The position numbers and the translations under genes were made by a program. 64,000 nucleotides of DNA. Origin: Escherichia phage EC121. Numbering within the stretch: the first letter of the stretch is position 1; each line of letters begins with the position of its first letter. Positions 46,520-63,951 of this stretch are shown here, in pieces. Under the pieces are notes generated by a model. The model worked only from the letters and a program-made list of their open reading frames with translations, searched no databases and had not been told where the DNA came from. The stretch lies in the sequence record NC_054909.1, one strand, 5' to 3'.

Positions 46520-48502
46520 ATGGCAAATACCCCTGTAAATTATCAATTAACAAGAACAGCAAATGCTATTCCCGAGATATTCGTCGGGGGTACGTTTGCT
46601 GAAATAAAACAAAACCTCATTGAATGGCTTAATGGCCAAAATGAATTTTTGGATTATGATTTTGAAGGCTCAAGATTAAACGTTCTGTGCGACCTTTTAG
46701 CTTATAATACATTGTACATTCAGCAGTTTGGTAATGCTGCCGTGTATGAAAGCTTTATGCGTACTGCTAACTTACGAAGTTCAGTTGTTCAGGCTGCACA
46801 AGATAATGGATATTTACCTACTTCAAAATCCGCTGCACAGACCGAAATTATGTTAACGTGTACAGATGCATTGAATAGAAATTACATTACTATTCCTCGC
46901 GGTACTCGCTTTTTAGCATATGCAAAGGATACTTCTGTTAATCCATATAACTTCGTTTCTACCGAAGACGTTATTGCTATTCGTGATAAAAATAACCAAT
47001 ATTTTCCACGATTAAAATTAGCCCAGGGACGTATAGTAAGAACTGAAATCATTTATGATAAATTAACACCTATTATCATTTATGACAAAAACATAGATAG
47101 AAACCAAGTTAAACTATACGTTGATGGAGCAGAATGGATTAACTGGACAAGAAAGTCAATGGTTCATGCTGGTTCTACATCAACAATTTACTACATGCGT
47201 GAAACTATTGATGGAAACACTGAATTCTATTTTGGCGAAGGTGAAATTTCTGTTAATGCGGCAGAAGGAGCTCTAACTGCTAACTATATTGGAGGTCTTA
47301 AACCTACCCAGAACTCTACTATTGTTATTGAGTACATCAGTACTAACGGTGCAGATGCGAACGGTGCAGTCGGATTTTCATACGCAGATACATTAACAAA
47401 TATAACTGTCATCAATATTAACGAAAATCCAAATGATGACCCAGATTTTGTTGGGGCAGATGGCGGTGGCGATCCAGAAGATATTGAGCGTATTCGCGAA
47501 TTGGGTACTATTAAACGCGAAACCCAGCAACGCTGCGTAACTGCGACCGACTATGATACATTCGTTTCAGAGAGATTTGGTTCTATTATTCAAGCTGTGC
47601 AGACTTTCACTGATTCTACTAAACCTGGGTATGCATTTATTGCTGCTAAACCTAAATCAGGATTGTATTTAACTACTGTGCAACGTGAAGATATTAAAAA
47701 TTATCTCAAAGACTATAATTTAGCGCCTATTACACCGTCAATTATTTCTCCTAATTATCTTTTTATTAAGACTAATTTAAAAGTCACATATGCTTTAAAT
47801 AAACTACAAGAATCCGAACAGTGGCTTGAAGGTCAAATAATTGATAAAATTGATCGCTATTATACCGAAGATGTAGAAATTTTTAACTCATCTTTTGCCA
47901 AGTCTAAGATGTTAACTTACGTAGATGATGCAGATCATTCTATCATTGGTTCATCAGCGACTATTCAAATTGTTCGTGAAGTACAAAACTTCTATAAAAC
48001 GCCTGAAGCAGGTATTAAATACAATAATCAAATAAAAGATCGTTCTATGGAATCTAATACGTTTTCATTTAATTCTGGACGAAAGGTTGTAAATCCTGAT
48101 ACCGGTTTAGAAGAAGATGTATTATATGACGTTCGTATAGTATCAACAGACCGAGATTCTAAAGGAATTGGTAAAGTTATTATTGGTCCATTTGCTTCTG
48201 GCGATGTTACAGAAAATGAAAACATTCAGCCGTATACAGGCAACGATTTTAACAAATTAGCAAATTCTGATGGACGCGACAAATACTATGTTATCGGTGA
48301 AATAAATTATCCAGCTGACATGATTTATTGGAATATCGCTAAAATTAATTTAACATCTGAAAAATTTGAAGTTCAGACTATTGAATTATATTCTGACCCA
48401 ACCGATGATGTTATCTTTACTCGCGATGGTTCACTGATTGTATTTGAAAATGACTTACGTCCACAATACTTAACTATCGATTTGGAGCCTATATCACAAT
48501 GA
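46520..48502 (+). CDS. 6: baseplate wedge protein gp6
   Basis: 660 aa; gene order and length. Confidence 0.9.
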   Translation: MANTPVNYQLTRTANAIPEIFVGGTFAEIKQNLIEWLNGQNEFLDYDFEGSRLNVLCDLLAYNTLYIQQFGNAAVYESFMRTANLRSSVVQAAQDNGYLPTSKSAAQTEIMLTCTDALNRNYITIPRGTRFLAYAKDTSVNPYNFVSTEDVIAIRDKNNQYFPRLKLAQGRIVRTEIIYDKLTPIIIYDKNIDRNQVKLYVDGAEWINWTRKSMVHAGSTSTIYYMRETIDGNTEFYFGEGEISVNAAEGALTANYIGGLKPTQNSTIVIEYISTNGADANGAVGFSYADTLTNITVININENPNDDPDFVGADGGGDPEDIERIRELGTIKRETQQRCVTATDYDTFVSERFGSIIQAVQTFTDSTKPGYAFIAAKPKSGLYLTTVQREDIKNYLKDYNLAPITPSIISPNYLFIKTNLKVTYALNKLQESEQWLEGQIIDKIDRYYTEDVEIFNSSFAKSKMLTYVDDADHSIIGSSATIQIVREVQNFYKTPEAGIKYNNQIKDRSMESNTFSFNSGRKVVNPDTGLEEDVLYDVRIVSTDRDSKGIGKVIIGPFASGDVTENENIQPYTGNDFNKLANSDGRDKYYVIGEINYPADMIYWNIAKINLTSEKFEVQTIELYSDPTDDVIFTRDGSLIVFENDLRPQYLTIDLEPISQ

Positions 48503-51500
48503 CAGTAAAAGCACCTTCAGTCACTAGTCTCAGAATTTCCAAGTTATCCGCTAATCAGGTGCAAGTACGCTGGGATGACGTTGGTGCTAATTTCTACTAT
48601 TTTGTAGAAATCGCTGAGACAAAATCAAACTCGGGAAAAAATCTCCCGAGTAATCAATATCGTTGGATTAATTTAGGATATACAGCAAATAATAGTTTCT
48701 TTTTTGATGATGCTGATCCATTGACATCATATGTTATTAGAGTAGCTACAGCTGCACAAGATTTTGAGCAGTCTGATTGGATTTATACCGAAGAGTTTGA
48801 AACTTTTGCTACAAATGCTTATACATTTCAAAACATGATTGAAATGCAATTAGCTAATAAATTCATTCAGGAAAAATTTACTCTTAATAATTCTAACTAT
48901 GTTAATTTTAATAATGACACTATAATGGCTGCATTGATGAATGAATCGTTCCAATTCAGCCCATCATACGTTGACGTTTCATCAATAAGTAATTTTATTA
49001 TTGGTGAAAATGAATATCATGAAATACAAGGTTCTATTCAGCAAGTATGTAAGGATATTAACCGAGTTTATTTGATGGAATCAGAAGGGATTCTATATCT
49101 TTTTGAGCGCTATCAGCCTGTAGTTAAAGTATCCAATGATAAAGGACAAACATGGAAAGCTGTAAAGCTCTTCAATGACCGCGTAGGATATCCTTTATCT
49201 AAGACGGTATATTACCAATCTGCAAACACAACATACGTTCTAGGATACGATAAGATTTTCTATGGCCGTAAATCGACTGATGTTAGATGGTCAGCAGATG
49301 ATGTCAGATTCAGTTCACAGGATATAACATTTGCTAAATTAGGAGACCAACTTCATTTAGGATTCGATGTTGAAATCTTCGCTACTTATGCGACTTTACC
49401 AGCGAATGTATATCGTATAGCTGAAGCCATTACTTGTACGGATGATTATATCTATGTTGTTGCCAGAGATAAAGTTAGATATATAAAAACGAGTAATGCA
49501 CCTATAGATTCTGACCCGTTATCACCAACATACTCGGAAAGACTTTTTGAACCTGACACAATGACTATAACCGGAAATCCTAAAGCAGTATGCTATAAAA
49601 TGGATTCTGTTGGTGATAAAGTTTTTGCTCTTATTATTGGTGAAGTTGAAACATTAAATGCTAATCCTAGAACTTCAAAAATAATTGATTCTGCTGATAA
49701 AGGAATATATGTTTTAAATCATGACACAAAAACATGGAAAAGAGTTTTTGGCAACACTGAAGAAGAAAGAAGACGTATTCAACCGGGGTATGCGAATATG
49801 TCAACTGATGGTAAATTAGTTTCGCTATCTTCGAGTAATTTTAAATTTTTAAGTGATAATATTGTTAATGACTCTGAAACTGCAGCAAAGTATCAGTTAA
49901 TTGGTGCCGTTAAATATGAATTTCCTCGTGAATGGTTAGCTGATAAGCATTATCATATGATGGCATTTATAGCAGATGAAAAATCTGATTGGGAAACTTT
50001 TACGCCTCAGCCAATAAAATACTATGCAGAACCATTCTTTAACTGGTCTAAAAAATCTAACACACGATGTTGGATAAACAACTCTGATAGAGCTGTAGTG
50101 GTTTATGCTGATTTAAAATACACTAAAGTTATTGAAAATTTTCCAGAAACATCTCCAGACAGATTAGTTCATGAATACTGGGATGACGGCGATTGCACTA
50201 TAGTAATGCCAAATGTTAAATTCACTGGATTTAAAAAATATGCATCTGGGATGCTTTTTTATAAATCCTCCGGTGAAATAATTTCTTACTATGATTTTAA
50301 TTATCGTGTTAGAGATACAGTAGAAATTATTTGGAAGCCAACTGGAGTATTTTTAAAGGCATTTTTACAAAACCAAGAACATGAAACTCCTTGGTCGCCT
50401 GAAGAAGAGCGTGGATTAGCTGACCCTGATTTAAGACCATTAATTGGCACAATGATGCCTGATTCTTATTTGTTGCAGGATTCGAATTTTGAAGCATTTT
50501 GCGAAGCATATATTCAATATCTTTCTGATGGATATGGAACTCAGTATAACAATTTACGAAATTTAATTCGTAACAAATATCCACGAGAAGAGCATGCGTG
50601 GGAGTATTTGTGGTCAGAGATATATAAAAGAAACATTTATTTAAATGCTGACAAACGTGATGCTGTTGCAAGATTTTTCGAATCACGTAGCTATGATTTT
50701 TATTCTACTAAAGGAATTGAAGCATCATACAAATTTCTTTTTAAAGTTCTTTATAATGAAGAAGTTGAAATTGAAATTGAATCTGGGGCTGGTACTGAAT
50801 ATGACATAATCGTTCAATCTGATTCTTTGACTGAAGATTTAGTAGGACAAACGATTTATACAGCCACAGGAAGATGTAATGTTACTTATATAGAAAGAAG
50901 TTATTCTAATGGTAAATTGCAATGGACCGTAACTATTCATAATCTTTTGGGAAGATTGATTGCCGGTCAAGAAGTTAAAGCAGAAAGACTTCCTAGTTTT
51001 GAAGGCGAAATTATTCGTGGGGTTAAAGGAAAGGATTTGCTTCAAAATAATATAGACTATATTAATAGAAGTCGATCATATTATGTAATGAAAATTAAAT
51101 CCAATTTACCTTCTTCCCGCTGGAAATCTGACGTTATTCGTTTTGTTCATCCAGTAGGATTTGGATTTATAGCAATTACCCTTTTAACTATGTTTATTAA
51201 TGTTGGTTTAACTCTTAAACATACAGAGACCATAATTAATAAATACAAAAACTACAAATGGGATTCTGGATTGCCTACTGAATATGCTGATAGAGTAGCT
51301 AAATTGACTCCGACTGGTGAAATTGAGCATGATTCGGTAACAGGCGAAGCAATTTATGAACCTGGCCCAATGGCTGGCGTAGAATATCCTCTTCCTGATG
51401 ACTATAATACTGAAAATAACAATTCAATATTTCAAGGTCAATTGCCGTCTGAACGACGCAAATTAATGAGTCCTCTATTTGATGCATCTGGAACAACATT

Positions 51501-51597
51501 TGCACAATTTAGGGATTTAGTTAATAAACGTCTAAAAGATAATATAGGAAATCCAAGAGACCCTGAAAATCCAACACAGGTTAAAATAGATGAATGA
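48499..51597 (+). CDS. 7: baseplate wedge protein gp7
   Basis: 1032 aa; gene order and length. Confidence 0.9.
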   Translation: MTVKAPSVTSLRISKLSANQVQVRWDDVGANFYYFVEIAETKSNSGKNLPSNQYRWINLGYTANNSFFFDDADPLTSYVIRVATAAQDFEQSDWIYTEEFETFATNAYTFQNMIEMQLANKFIQEKFTLNNSNYVNFNNDTIMAALMNESFQFSPSYVDVSSISNFIIGENEYHEIQGSIQQVCKDINRVYLMESEGILYLFERYQPVVKVSNDKGQTWKAVKLFNDRVGYPLSKTVYYQSANTTYVLGYDKIFYGRKSTDVRWSADDVRFSSQDITFAKLGDQLHLGFDVEIFATYATLPANVYRIAEAITCTDDYIYVVARDKVRYIKTSNAPIDSDPLSPTYSERLFEPDTMTITGNPKAVCYKMDSVGDKVFALIIGEVETLNANPRTSKIIDSADKGIYVLNHDTKTWKRVFGNTEEERRRIQPGYANMSTDGKLVSLSSSNFKFLSDNIVNDSETAAKYQLIGAVKYEFPREWLADKHYHMMAFIADEKSDWETFTPQPIKYYAEPFFNWSKKSNTRCWINNSDRAVVVYADLKYTKVIENFPETSPDRLVHEYWDDGDCTIVMPNVKFTGFKKYASGMLFYKSSGEIISYYDFNYRVRDTVEIIWKPTGVFLKAFLQNQEHETPWSPEEERGLADPDLRPLIGTMMPDSYLLQDSNFEAFCEAYIQYLSDGYGTQYNNLRNLIRNKYPREEHAWEYLWSEIYKRNIYLNADKRDAVARFFESRSYDFYSTKGIEASYKFLFKVLYNEEVEIEIESGAGTEYDIIVQSDSLTEDLVGQTIYTATGRCNVTYIERSYSNGKLQWTVTIHNLLGRLIAGQEVKAERLPSFEGEIIRGVKGKDLLQNNIDYINRSRSYYVMKIKSNLPSSRWKSDVIRFVHPVGFGFIAITLLTMFINVGLTLKHTETIINKYKNYKWDSGLPTEYADRVAKLTPTGEIEHDSVTGEAIYEPGPMAGVEYPLPDDYNTENNNSIFQGQLPSERRKLMSPLFDASGTTFAQFRDLVNKRLKDNIGNPRDPENPTQVKIDE

Positions 51598-52594
51598 TTC
51601 AAGTGTTATCTATCGTGCGATAGTTACTTCAAAATTTAGAACAGAAAAAATGTTGAATTTTTATAATTCAATTGGAAGTGGTCCGGATAAAAACACTATC
51701 TTTATCACATTTGGAAGATCAGAACCGTGGTCATCAAATGAAAATGAGGTGGGCTTTGCTCCACCTTATCCAACTGATTCTGTATTGGGTGTAACTGACA
51801 TGTGGACTCATATGATGGGAACTGTAAAGGTTCTTCCATCTATGCTTGATGCAGTTATTCCTCGTAGAGATTGGGGAGATACTAGATATCCGGATCCATA
51901 CACATTTAGAATTAACGATATTGTAGTGTGTAACTCAGCTCCTTACAATGCTACTGAATCAGGCGCAGGCTGGTTAGTATATCGTTGTTTAGATGTTCCT
52001 GATACCGGAACGTGTTCAATAGCATCTTTAACTAATAAGGATGAATGTCTTAAGTTAGGTGGAAAATGGACTCCTTCTGTTAGGTCAATGACTCCTCCTG
52101 AAGGTCGAGGAGACGCTGAAGGAACAATCGAACCCGGCGACGGTTATGTTTGGGAATATCTTTTTGAGATTCCGCCTGATGTATCTATAAATAGATGCAC
52201 GAATGAATATATCGTAGTTCCTTGGCCTGAGGAATTAAAAGAAGACCCTGCTAGATGGGGGTATGAAGATAATCTCACTTGGCAACAAGATGATTTTGGA
52301 TTAATTTACCGTGTTAAGGCAAATACTATCCGTTTTAAAGCATATTTAGATTCAGTTTACTTTCCTGATGCTGCATTACCGGGAAATAAAGGATTTAGAC
52401 AAATATCAATAATCACCAATCCTCTTGAAGCTAAAGTTCATCCAAATGACCCAAACGTTAAAGCTGAAAAGGATTATTATGATCCGGAAGATTTAATGAG
52501 GCATTCGGGCGAAATGATTTATATGGAAAATAGGCCACCTATTATCATGGCAATGGATCAAACAGAAGAAATCAATATTCTGTTTACATTTTAA
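51590..52594 (+). CDS. 8: baseplate wedge protein gp8
   Basis: 334 aa; gene order and length. Confidence 0.9.
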   Translation: MNDSSVIYRAIVTSKFRTEKMLNFYNSIGSGPDKNTIFITFGRSEPWSSNENEVGFAPPYPTDSVLGVTDMWTHMMGTVKVLPSMLDAVIPRRDWGDTRYPDPYTFRINDIVVCNSAPYNATESGAGWLVYRCLDVPDTGTCSIASLTNKDECLKLGGKWTPSVRSMTPPEGRGDAEGTIEPGDGYVWEYLFEIPPDVSINRCTNEYIVVPWPEELKEDPARWGYEDNLTWQQDDFGLIYRVKANTIRFKAYLDSVYFPDAALPGNKGFRQISIITNPLEAKVHPNDPNVKAEKDYYDPEDLMRHSGEMIYMENRPPIIMAMDQTEEINILFTF

Positions 52595-52597
52595 ATT

Positions 52598-52625
52598 AAG
52601 GGAGCCCATGGGCTCCCTTTTTCTT
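52598..52625 (+). terminator. intrinsic terminator after gene 8
   Basis: hairpin GGGAGCC-CATG-GGCTCCC followed by TTTTTCTTT. Confidence 0.6.
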
Positions 52626-52633
52626 TATAAATA
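52626..52633 (+). promoter_or_regulatory. late promoter box TATAAATA for gene 9
   Basis: exact TATAAATA 25 nt upstream of gp9 ATG. Confidence 0.55.
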
Positions 52634-52657
52634 CTATAAACTCATAAGGAAACCGCT

Positions 52658-53524
52658 ATGTTCATTCAAGAACCAAAGAAATTGATTGATACCGGCGAAA
52701 TTGGTAACGCTTCTACTGGTGATATCTTATTCGACGGTGGTAATAAAATTAATAGTGATTTTAACGCAATTTATAATGCGTTTGGCGATCAGCGCAAAAT
52801 GGCAGTAGCAAATGGCACTGGAGCAGATGGCCAAATTATTCATGCTACTGGATATTATCAAAAACACTCTATTGCAGAGTACGCAACTCCAGTAAAAGTT
52901 GGCACTAGGCATGATATTGATACCTCTACTGTAGGTGTTAAAGTTATCATTGAAAGAGGCGAACTTGGTGACTGCGTTGAATTTATTAACTCAAATGGAT
53001 CTATATCAGTTACTAATCCTTTAACGATTCAAGCAATTGATTCAATTAAAGGTGTTTCAGGCAATTTAGTAGTAACTAGCCCATATAGTAAAGTAACTTT
53101 ACGCTGTATTTCATCTGATAATTCTACATCGGTTTGGAATTATTCTATTGAAAGTATGTTTGGACAAAAGGAATCACCAGCTGAAGGTACATGGAATATT
53201 TCTACATCCGGATCAGTTGATATTCCATTATTTCATCGTACTGAATACAATATGGCTAAATTGCTAGTTACATGCCAGTCAGTAGATGGAAGAAAAATTA
53301 AAACAGCAGAAATAAATATTCTTGTGGATACTGTTAATTCAGAGGTCATTTCTTCTGAATATGCTGTCATGCGAGTTGGGAATGAAACCGAAGAAGACGA
53401 AATCGCTAATATTGCATTTAGTGTTAAAGAAAATTATGTAACGGCGACTATAAGTTCTTCAACTGTCGGTATGAGAGCAGCAGTTAAAGTTATCGCTACG
53501 CAGAAAATCGGGGTGGCTCAATAA
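52658..53524 (+). CDS. 9: baseplate protein gp9 (long tail fibre socket)
   Basis: 288 aa; gene order and length. Confidence 0.9.
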   Translation: MFIQEPKKLIDTGEIGNASTGDILFDGGNKINSDFNAIYNAFGDQRKMAVANGTGADGQIIHATGYYQKHSIAEYATPVKVGTRHDIDTSTVGVKVIIERGELGDCVEFINSNGSISVTNPLTIQAIDSIKGVSGNLVVTSPYSKVTLRCISSDNSTSVWNYSIESMFGQKESPAEGTWNISTSGSVDIPLFHRTEYNMAKLLVTCQSVDGRKIKTAEINILVDTVNSEVISSEYAVMRVGNETEEDEIANIAFSVKENYVTATISSSTVGMRAAVKVIATQKIGVAQ

Positions 53525-55329
53525 TGAAACAAAATATTAATATCGGTAATGTTGTAGATGATGGTACCGGTGACTACCTGCGTAAAGGTGGTATAAAAAT
53601 AAATGAAAACTTTGATGAGCTTTATTATGAACTCGGTGATGGTAATGTTCCATATTCAGCCGGTGCTTGGAAAACTTATAATGCTTCATCTGGGCAAACA
53701 TTAAAAGCTGAATGGGGAAAATCATACGCTATTAATACTTCGTCTGGAAGAGTAACACTGCAACTTCCTAAAGGAACTGTTAATGATTATAATAAAGTAA
53801 TTAGAGCTAGGGATGTATTTGCAACATGGAATGTTAATCCAGTTACTTTAGTAGCCGCTTCTGGTGATACTATCAAAGGATCATCGTCATCGGTTGAAAT
53901 TAACGTTCAATTTAGTGATTTAGAGCTAGTTTATTGCGCTCCGGGCCGTTGGGAATATGTCAAAAATAAACAAATTGACAAAATTATTAGTTCAGACATT
54001 AGCAATGTAGCTCGTAAAGAATTTTTAGTCGAAGTTCAAGGACAAACAGACTTTTTAGATATTTTCCGTGGAACTAGTTATAATGTTAATAACATCAGAG
54101 TAAAACACCGCGGTAATGAATTGTATTACGGCGATGTTTTTAGCGAAAATAGCGACTTTGGTTCTCCTGGAGAAAATGAAGGCGAATTAGTTCCTCTTGA
54201 TGGATTTAATATTCGATTAAGACAGCCTTGTAATATTGGTGACACTGTTCAAATTGAAACATTTATGGATGGTGTATCACAATGGAGAAGTTCATATACA
54301 AGACGCCAAATAAAAGTACTGGATTCAAAACTAACATCAAAGACTTCTTTAGAAGGAAGTATTTACGTTACTGATTTATCGACGATGAAATCAATTCCAT
54401 TTTCCGCATTTGGATTAATTCCAGGAGAACCTATTAATCCTAATTCTCTTGAAGTTCGTTTTAATGGAATTTTACAACAACAAGCTGGAACAGCTGGATA
54501 TCCTCTGTTTTTGTGTGAAGGCGCTAGTTCAGATACGCAAGAAGGATGTATATCTCTTGGTGGTGAATGGAAAGAATCAAACACAGATTATTCTATAGAA
54601 TATGAAGATGGAAAACCTACCAGTCTTTTATTTGATAGAAAATTTGAATCAGGCGATATAATCGTTATAACGTGGTTCAATAATGATTTAGGAACTCTTT
54701 TAGAAAAAGATGACATCATTGAATTGACTGATGACCGTTATGTTAGCAAAGGATCATCTACCGAAGTTACTGGTGATGTAGCCTTAACAGATTTTGATAA
54801 AATCGGTTGGCCAAATGTTGAAAAAGTTGATTCTTATACTAGAACGTATAATTCAATATCATCTATTTTCGATAGCATTTATCCTGTAGGTTCAATTTAT
54901 GAAAATGCTATAAACCCAAATAATCCAGTAACTTATATGGGATTTGGTTCATGGAAATTATTTGGTAAAGGGCAGGTTTTAGTAGGATGGAATGATGATG
55001 TCACAGATCCAAACTTTGCATTAAACAATAATGATTTAGATTCTAGCGGAAATCCTTCACATACCGCCGGTGGAACAGTTGGTACAACATCAGTAACGCT
55101 TGAAAACGCAAATCTTCCTGCGACTAAAACTGATGAAAGAGTTTTAATTGAAGACGAAAATGGATCAGTTATTATTGGAGGATGTCAATATGACCCAGAC
55201 GAAACTGGTCCTATATATACAAAATATCGTGAAGACTACGCAACAACAAACTCTTCACATACTCCTCCTGCTAATATTAGTAATATTCAACCGTCTATTA
55301 CTGTATACCGTTGGATAAGGATTGCATAA
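53524..55329 (+). CDS. 10: baseplate wedge protein gp10
   Basis: 601 aa; gene order and length. Confidence 0.9.
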   Translation: MKQNINIGNVVDDGTGDYLRKGGIKINENFDELYYELGDGNVPYSAGAWKTYNASSGQTLKAEWGKSYAINTSSGRVTLQLPKGTVNDYNKVIRARDVFATWNVNPVTLVAASGDTIKGSSSSVEINVQFSDLELVYCAPGRWEYVKNKQIDKIISSDISNVARKEFLVEVQGQTDFLDIFRGTSYNVNNIRVKHRGNELYYGDVFSENSDFGSPGENEGELVPLDGFNIRLRQPCNIGDTVQIETFMDGVSQWRSSYTRRQIKVLDSKLTSKTSLEGSIYVTDLSTMKSIPFSAFGLIPGEPINPNSLEVRFNGILQQQAGTAGYPLFLCEGASSDTQEGCISLGGEWKESNTDYSIEYEDGKPTSLLFDRKFESGDIIVITWFNNDLGTLLEKDDIIELTDDRYVSKGSSTEVTGDVALTDFDKIGWPNVEKVDSYTRTYNSISSIFDSIYPVGSIYENAINPNNPVTYMGFGSWKLFGKGQVLVGWNDDVTDPNFALNNNDLDSSGNPSHTAGGTVGTTSVTLENANLPATKTDERVLIEDENGSVIIGGCQYDPDETGPIYTKYREDYATTNSSHTPPANISNIQPSITVYRWIRIA

Positions 55330-55988
55330 TGAGTTTACTTAATAATAAAGCGGGAGTTATTTCCCGCTTAGCAGATTTTCTTGGTTTTAGAACTAAGAAA
55401 AATGATATTTCGGTTATGAATAATCAGCCAGTAGGTGCTGTAACAATTTCACAAATAGCAAAAGGTTTTTATGACCCAAATGTAGAATCTGCTATCAATG
55501 ATGTTAGAAATATGGCAGAGCAACAGGTTGGAGCTGTATTAGTTAATATAAGTGGCGTATCTCCTACTGGCGTGCAGCAAACAGACTATTGGTCATTTGA
55601 AGGAACTGTTACTGATACTTCAGCCAAACCAGGTGACACAGTTATTGTTAATATGTTTGGCATTCCTGTTAAAGCTACTAATGGAATGACTTCAATCGAA
55701 TTTACCAGTGCCGTTAGAACAGCTCTGCAGGAAATGGTTGCAAAATTTATTGCAATTGATTCATTTGAAGACCATCCTACCATAGGAAATAAAATACAAG
55801 TTAAGTATTTAGATAACCAAGAACATATCTTAGAACAATACTCTGATAAAGGAATTACTTTCAAACAAGAAATAATTTCTCCTTCTAAACCTGGATACGG
55901 AACTTGGCAATTATTAGGTGCGCAAACTGTCACGCTAGATAGTCACACACAACCTACGGTATTTTATTATTTTGAGAGAATAGCATGA
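55329..55988 (+). CDS. 11: baseplate wedge protein gp11 (short tail fibre attachment)
   Basis: 219 aa from ATG overlapping gp10 stop (TAATG). Confidence 0.85.
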   Translation: MSLLNNKAGVISRLADFLGFRTKKNDISVMNNQPVGAVTISQIAKGFYDPNVESAINDVRNMAEQQVGAVLVNISGVSPTGVQQTDYWSFEGTVTDTSAKPGDTVIVNMFGIPVKATNGMTSIEFTSAVRTALQEMVAKFIAIDSFEDHPTIGNKIQVKYLDNQEHILEQYSDKGITFKQEIISPSKPGYGTWQLLGAQTVTLDSHTQPTVFYYFERIA

Positions 55989-57541
55989 GTAACAATACAT
56001 ATCAGCACGTATCAAATGAATCAAAATATGTTAAATTCGATCCAGTAGGATCGAATTTTCCTGACACTGTCACGACAGTGCAGTCTGCATTATCAAAAAT
56101 AAGTAATATCGGCGTAAATGGTATTCCTGATGCAACTATGGAAGTTAAAGGAATAGCAATGATTGCGTCAGAGCAAGAGGTTTTAGATGGAACTAATAAT
56201 TCTAAAATCGTTACACCAGCTACATTAGCAACAAGATTATTGTATCCAAATGCTACTGAAACTAAGTATGGTTTAACGCGCTATTCAACAAATGAAGAAA
56301 CATTAGAAGGCTCAGATAATAATTCATCAATAACGCCGCAAAAACTGAAATACCATACTGACGATGTGTTCCAAAATAGATATTCGTCTGAGTCATCAAA
56401 CGGGGTTATTAAAATATCATCTACACCTGCAGCTTTAGCTGGAGTTGATGATACTACGGCAATGACTCCATTAAAAACGCAAAAACTTGCAATAAAATTA
56501 ATTTCACAAATAGCTCCTTCCGAAGATACTGCATCAGAATCTGTGAGAGGTGTAGTTCAATTATCTACTGTTGCGCAAACTCGTCAAGGAACTCTCCGCG
56601 AAGGATATGCAATTTCTCCGTATACCTTTATGAATTCTGTTGCAACACAAGAATATAAGGGTGTTATACGTTTAGGAACACAATCGGAAATTAACAGTAA
56701 TTTGGGAGATGTTGCAGTAACGGGTGAAACGCTAAATGGTCGAGGAGCTACTGGTTCTATGCGTGGAGTAGTTAAATTAACGACGCAAGCCGGTATTGCC
56801 CCTGAAGGTGATAGCTCTGGTGCATTAGCATGGAACGCAGATGTAATTAATACTCGTGGTGGACAAACTATTAATGGTTCTTTAAATTTAGACCATCTTA
56901 CAGCAAACGGAATTTGGTCGCGCGGCGGAATGTGGAAAAATGGCGATCAACCTGTTGCCACTGAAAGATACGCGTCCGAAAGGGTTCCAGTTGGAACTAT
57001 TATGATGTTTGCTGGAGATTCAGCACCTCCGGGTTGGATTATGTGCCACGGCGGAACCGTGTCAGGAGATCAATATCCTGATTATAGAAACACAGTTGGA
57101 ACGAGATTTGGTGGCGATTGGAATAATCCTGGCATTCCTGATATGCGAGGTCTTTTTGTTAGAGGAGCGGGCACCGGCGGTCATATTTTAAATCAACGAG
57201 GACAAGATGGTTATGGGAAGGATAGACTTGGTGTAGGATGTGATGGAATGCATGTTGGTGGTGTTCAAGCACAACAAATATCATACCATAAACATGCTGG
57301 TGCCTGGGGGGAAAATGGAAATAACAGAGGTTATGCACCGTTTGGCGCATCTAATGGCAATGGATATTTGGGCAATGGTAAAAGCGCCGACTGGGACAAC
57401 CATTTGTTCTTTACTAATGACGGATTTGAAATGGGTGGTCCTCGTGACTCGTTTGGCACGTTAAATCGCGAAGGATTAATTGGTTATGAAACTAGACCAT
57501 GGAATATATCATTAAACTATATTATTAAAATTCATTACTAA
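55985..57541 (+). CDS. 12: short tail fibre protein gp12
   Basis: 518 aa; gene order. Confidence 0.9.
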   Translation: MSNNTYQHVSNESKYVKFDPVGSNFPDTVTTVQSALSKISNIGVNGIPDATMEVKGIAMIASEQEVLDGTNNSKIVTPATLATRLLYPNATETKYGLTRYSTNEETLEGSDNNSSITPQKLKYHTDDVFQNRYSSESSNGVIKISSTPAALAGVDDTTAMTPLKTQKLAIKLISQIAPSEDTASESVRGVVQLSTVAQTRQGTLREGYAISPYTFMNSVATQEYKGVIRLGTQSEINSNLGDVAVTGETLNGRGATGSMRGVVKLTTQAGIAPEGDSSGALAWNADVINTRGGQTINGSLNLDHLTANGIWSRGGMWKNGDQPVATERYASERVPVGTIMMFAGDSAPPGWIMCHGGTVSGDQYPDYRNTVGTRFGGDWNNPGIPDMRGLFVRGAGTGGHILNQRGQDGYGKDRLGVGCDGMHVGGVQAQQISYHKHAGAWGENGNNRGYAPFGASNGNGYLGNGKSADWDNHLFFTNDGFEMGGPRDSFGTLNREGLIGYETRPWNISLNYIIKIHY

Positions 57542-57550
57542 GGATTACAA

Positions 57551-59008
57551 ATGATTGAATTAAAAGAGTTACCTTTTGTTGATAGCGTTCCTGGCGAAGG
57601 TCAGGAACGTATTTCATGGATTAAAAATGGTGAAGAAATACTAGGAGCTAGTACTAAGTATGGAAACGATGGATCAATGAATAGACCAACTGTTTCCGTG
57701 TTTAAAAACGTCGAAGTTCTTGATGAAAATGTGGGAATTCTTAAAACTGCTGTTGAAACATCACAGGAAGATATTAAAACAATTCAAGGCATTTTAGATG
57801 TATCAGGAGATATAGAAGCGCTATCACAAATCAGCGTTAATAAAAATGACATATCAAATTTAAAAACGCTTACGAGTGAACATACTGATATATTAAATGG
57901 TACAAATACTACGGTTGATAATATTCTTTCTGATATTGGTCCATTTAATTCGCAAGCAAATTCAGTTTATAGAACGATTAGAAATGATTTGTTATGGATT
58001 AAAAGGGAATTAGGACAATATGCTGGGCAAGATATTAATGGTCTTCCTGTTGTAGGAAATAGCAGCACGGGGATGAAGCACCGTATCATTAATAATACAG
58101 ATGCTATAACTTCCCAAGGAATACGTCTAAGTGATTTGGAAGAAAAATTTATTGAATCTGATGTAGGTTCACTGACAATTGAAGTCGGAAATCTTAGACA
58201 AGAACTTGGACAAAGACCATCTTCATTTAGTGAAAGCATATATTCACGTGTGCATAATTTAGATCAATCACAGATTAATCTTAGTTCCGAAATTAAATCT
58301 ATCAAAACTTCTATTGGATATCCAGGAAATACTTCAATAATCACAGATGTCAATGTCAACAGTCAAGAAATTTCAGCTTTAAATGATGAACTAAATAAAA
58401 GTGGCGGCGTTAAACAGCGATTAACTGTTATTGAAACATCGATTGGTTCAGATGATATTCCTTCTAGTATTAAAGGTCAAATTAAAGATAATACCACTTC
58501 TATTGAATCTTTAAATGGAATTGTAGGTGAAAACACCTCGTCCGGTTTAAGAGCTAACGTTTCATGGCTAAATCAGATAGTTGGAACTGATTCTAGCGGA
58601 GGTCAACCTTCTCCTCCGGGGTCTCTTTTAAATAGAGTTTCAACTGTTGAAACCTCTGTTAATAGACTTAACAATGATGTTCAAAACTTACAGGTTGAAA
58701 TTGGTAATAACAGTTCCGGAATTAAAGGGCAAGTTGTAACACTAAATAAATTAGTAAGTGGAACAAATCCGAATGGTTCAACTGTCGAAGAACGCGGATT
58801 GACTAATTCAATAAAAGCTAATGAGACTAACATTTCTTCAATTAATCAAGAGATTCGTAGTATTAAAGGTAATGTGTCCTCATTGCAGAGGGATGTCCAG
58901 ACTTTACAAGAAGCTGGTTATATTCCTGAAGCTCCAAAAGATGGTCAAGCTTACGTTCGTAAAGACGGCGAATGGGTATTGCTTTCTACCTTTTTATCAC
59001 CAGCATAA
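57551..59008 (+). CDS. wac: fibritin (whisker antigen control)
   Basis: 485 aa coiled-coil with C-terminal foldon [27 protein letters not shown]. Confidence 0.95.
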   Translation: MIELKELPFVDSVPGEGQERISWIKNGEEILGASTKYGNDGSMNRPTVSVFKNVEVLDENVGILKTAVETSQEDIKTIQGILDVSGDIEALSQISVNKNDISNLKTLTSEHTDILNGTNTTVDNILSDIGPFNSQANSVYRTIRNDLLWIKRELGQYAGQDINGLPVVGNSSTGMKHRIINNTDAITSQGIRLSDLEEKFIESDVGSLTIEVGNLRQELGQRPSSFSESIYSRVHNLDQSQINLSSEIKSIKTSIGYPGNTSIITDVNVNSQEISALNDELNKSGGVKQRLTVIETSIGSDDIPSSIKGQIKDNTTSIESLNGIVGENTSSGLRANVSWLNQIVGTDSSGGQPSPPGSLLNRVSTVETSVNRLNNDVQNLQVEIGNNSSGIKGQVVTLNKLVSGTNPNGSTVEERGLTNSIKANETNISSINQEIRSIKGNVSSLQRDVQTLQEAGYIPEAPKDGQAYVRKDGEWVLLSTFLSPA

Positions 59009-59012
59009 CATG

Positions 59013-59026
59013 GGGCCGCAAGGCCC
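59013..59026 (+). terminator. GC hairpin after wac (weak terminator candidate)
   Basis: GGGCC-GCAA-GGCCC stem-loop; no strong T-run. Confidence 0.4.
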
Positions 59027-59039
59027 TAAAGGATTTTAA

Positions 59040-60741
<1,702 letters not shown>

Positions 60742-60748
60742 TAAATAC

Positions 60749-60756
60749 TATAAATT
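60749..60756 (+). promoter_or_regulatory. late-promoter-like box TATAAATT upstream of gene 15
   Basis: 7/8 match to TATAAATA. Confidence 0.3.
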
Positions 60757-60782
60757 AATTAAAGCCCAGATTAGGAGAAATC

Positions 60783-63920
<3,138 letters not shown>

Positions 63921-63951
63921 ATATATTAAAGCATATTAAAGAGGATTAAAA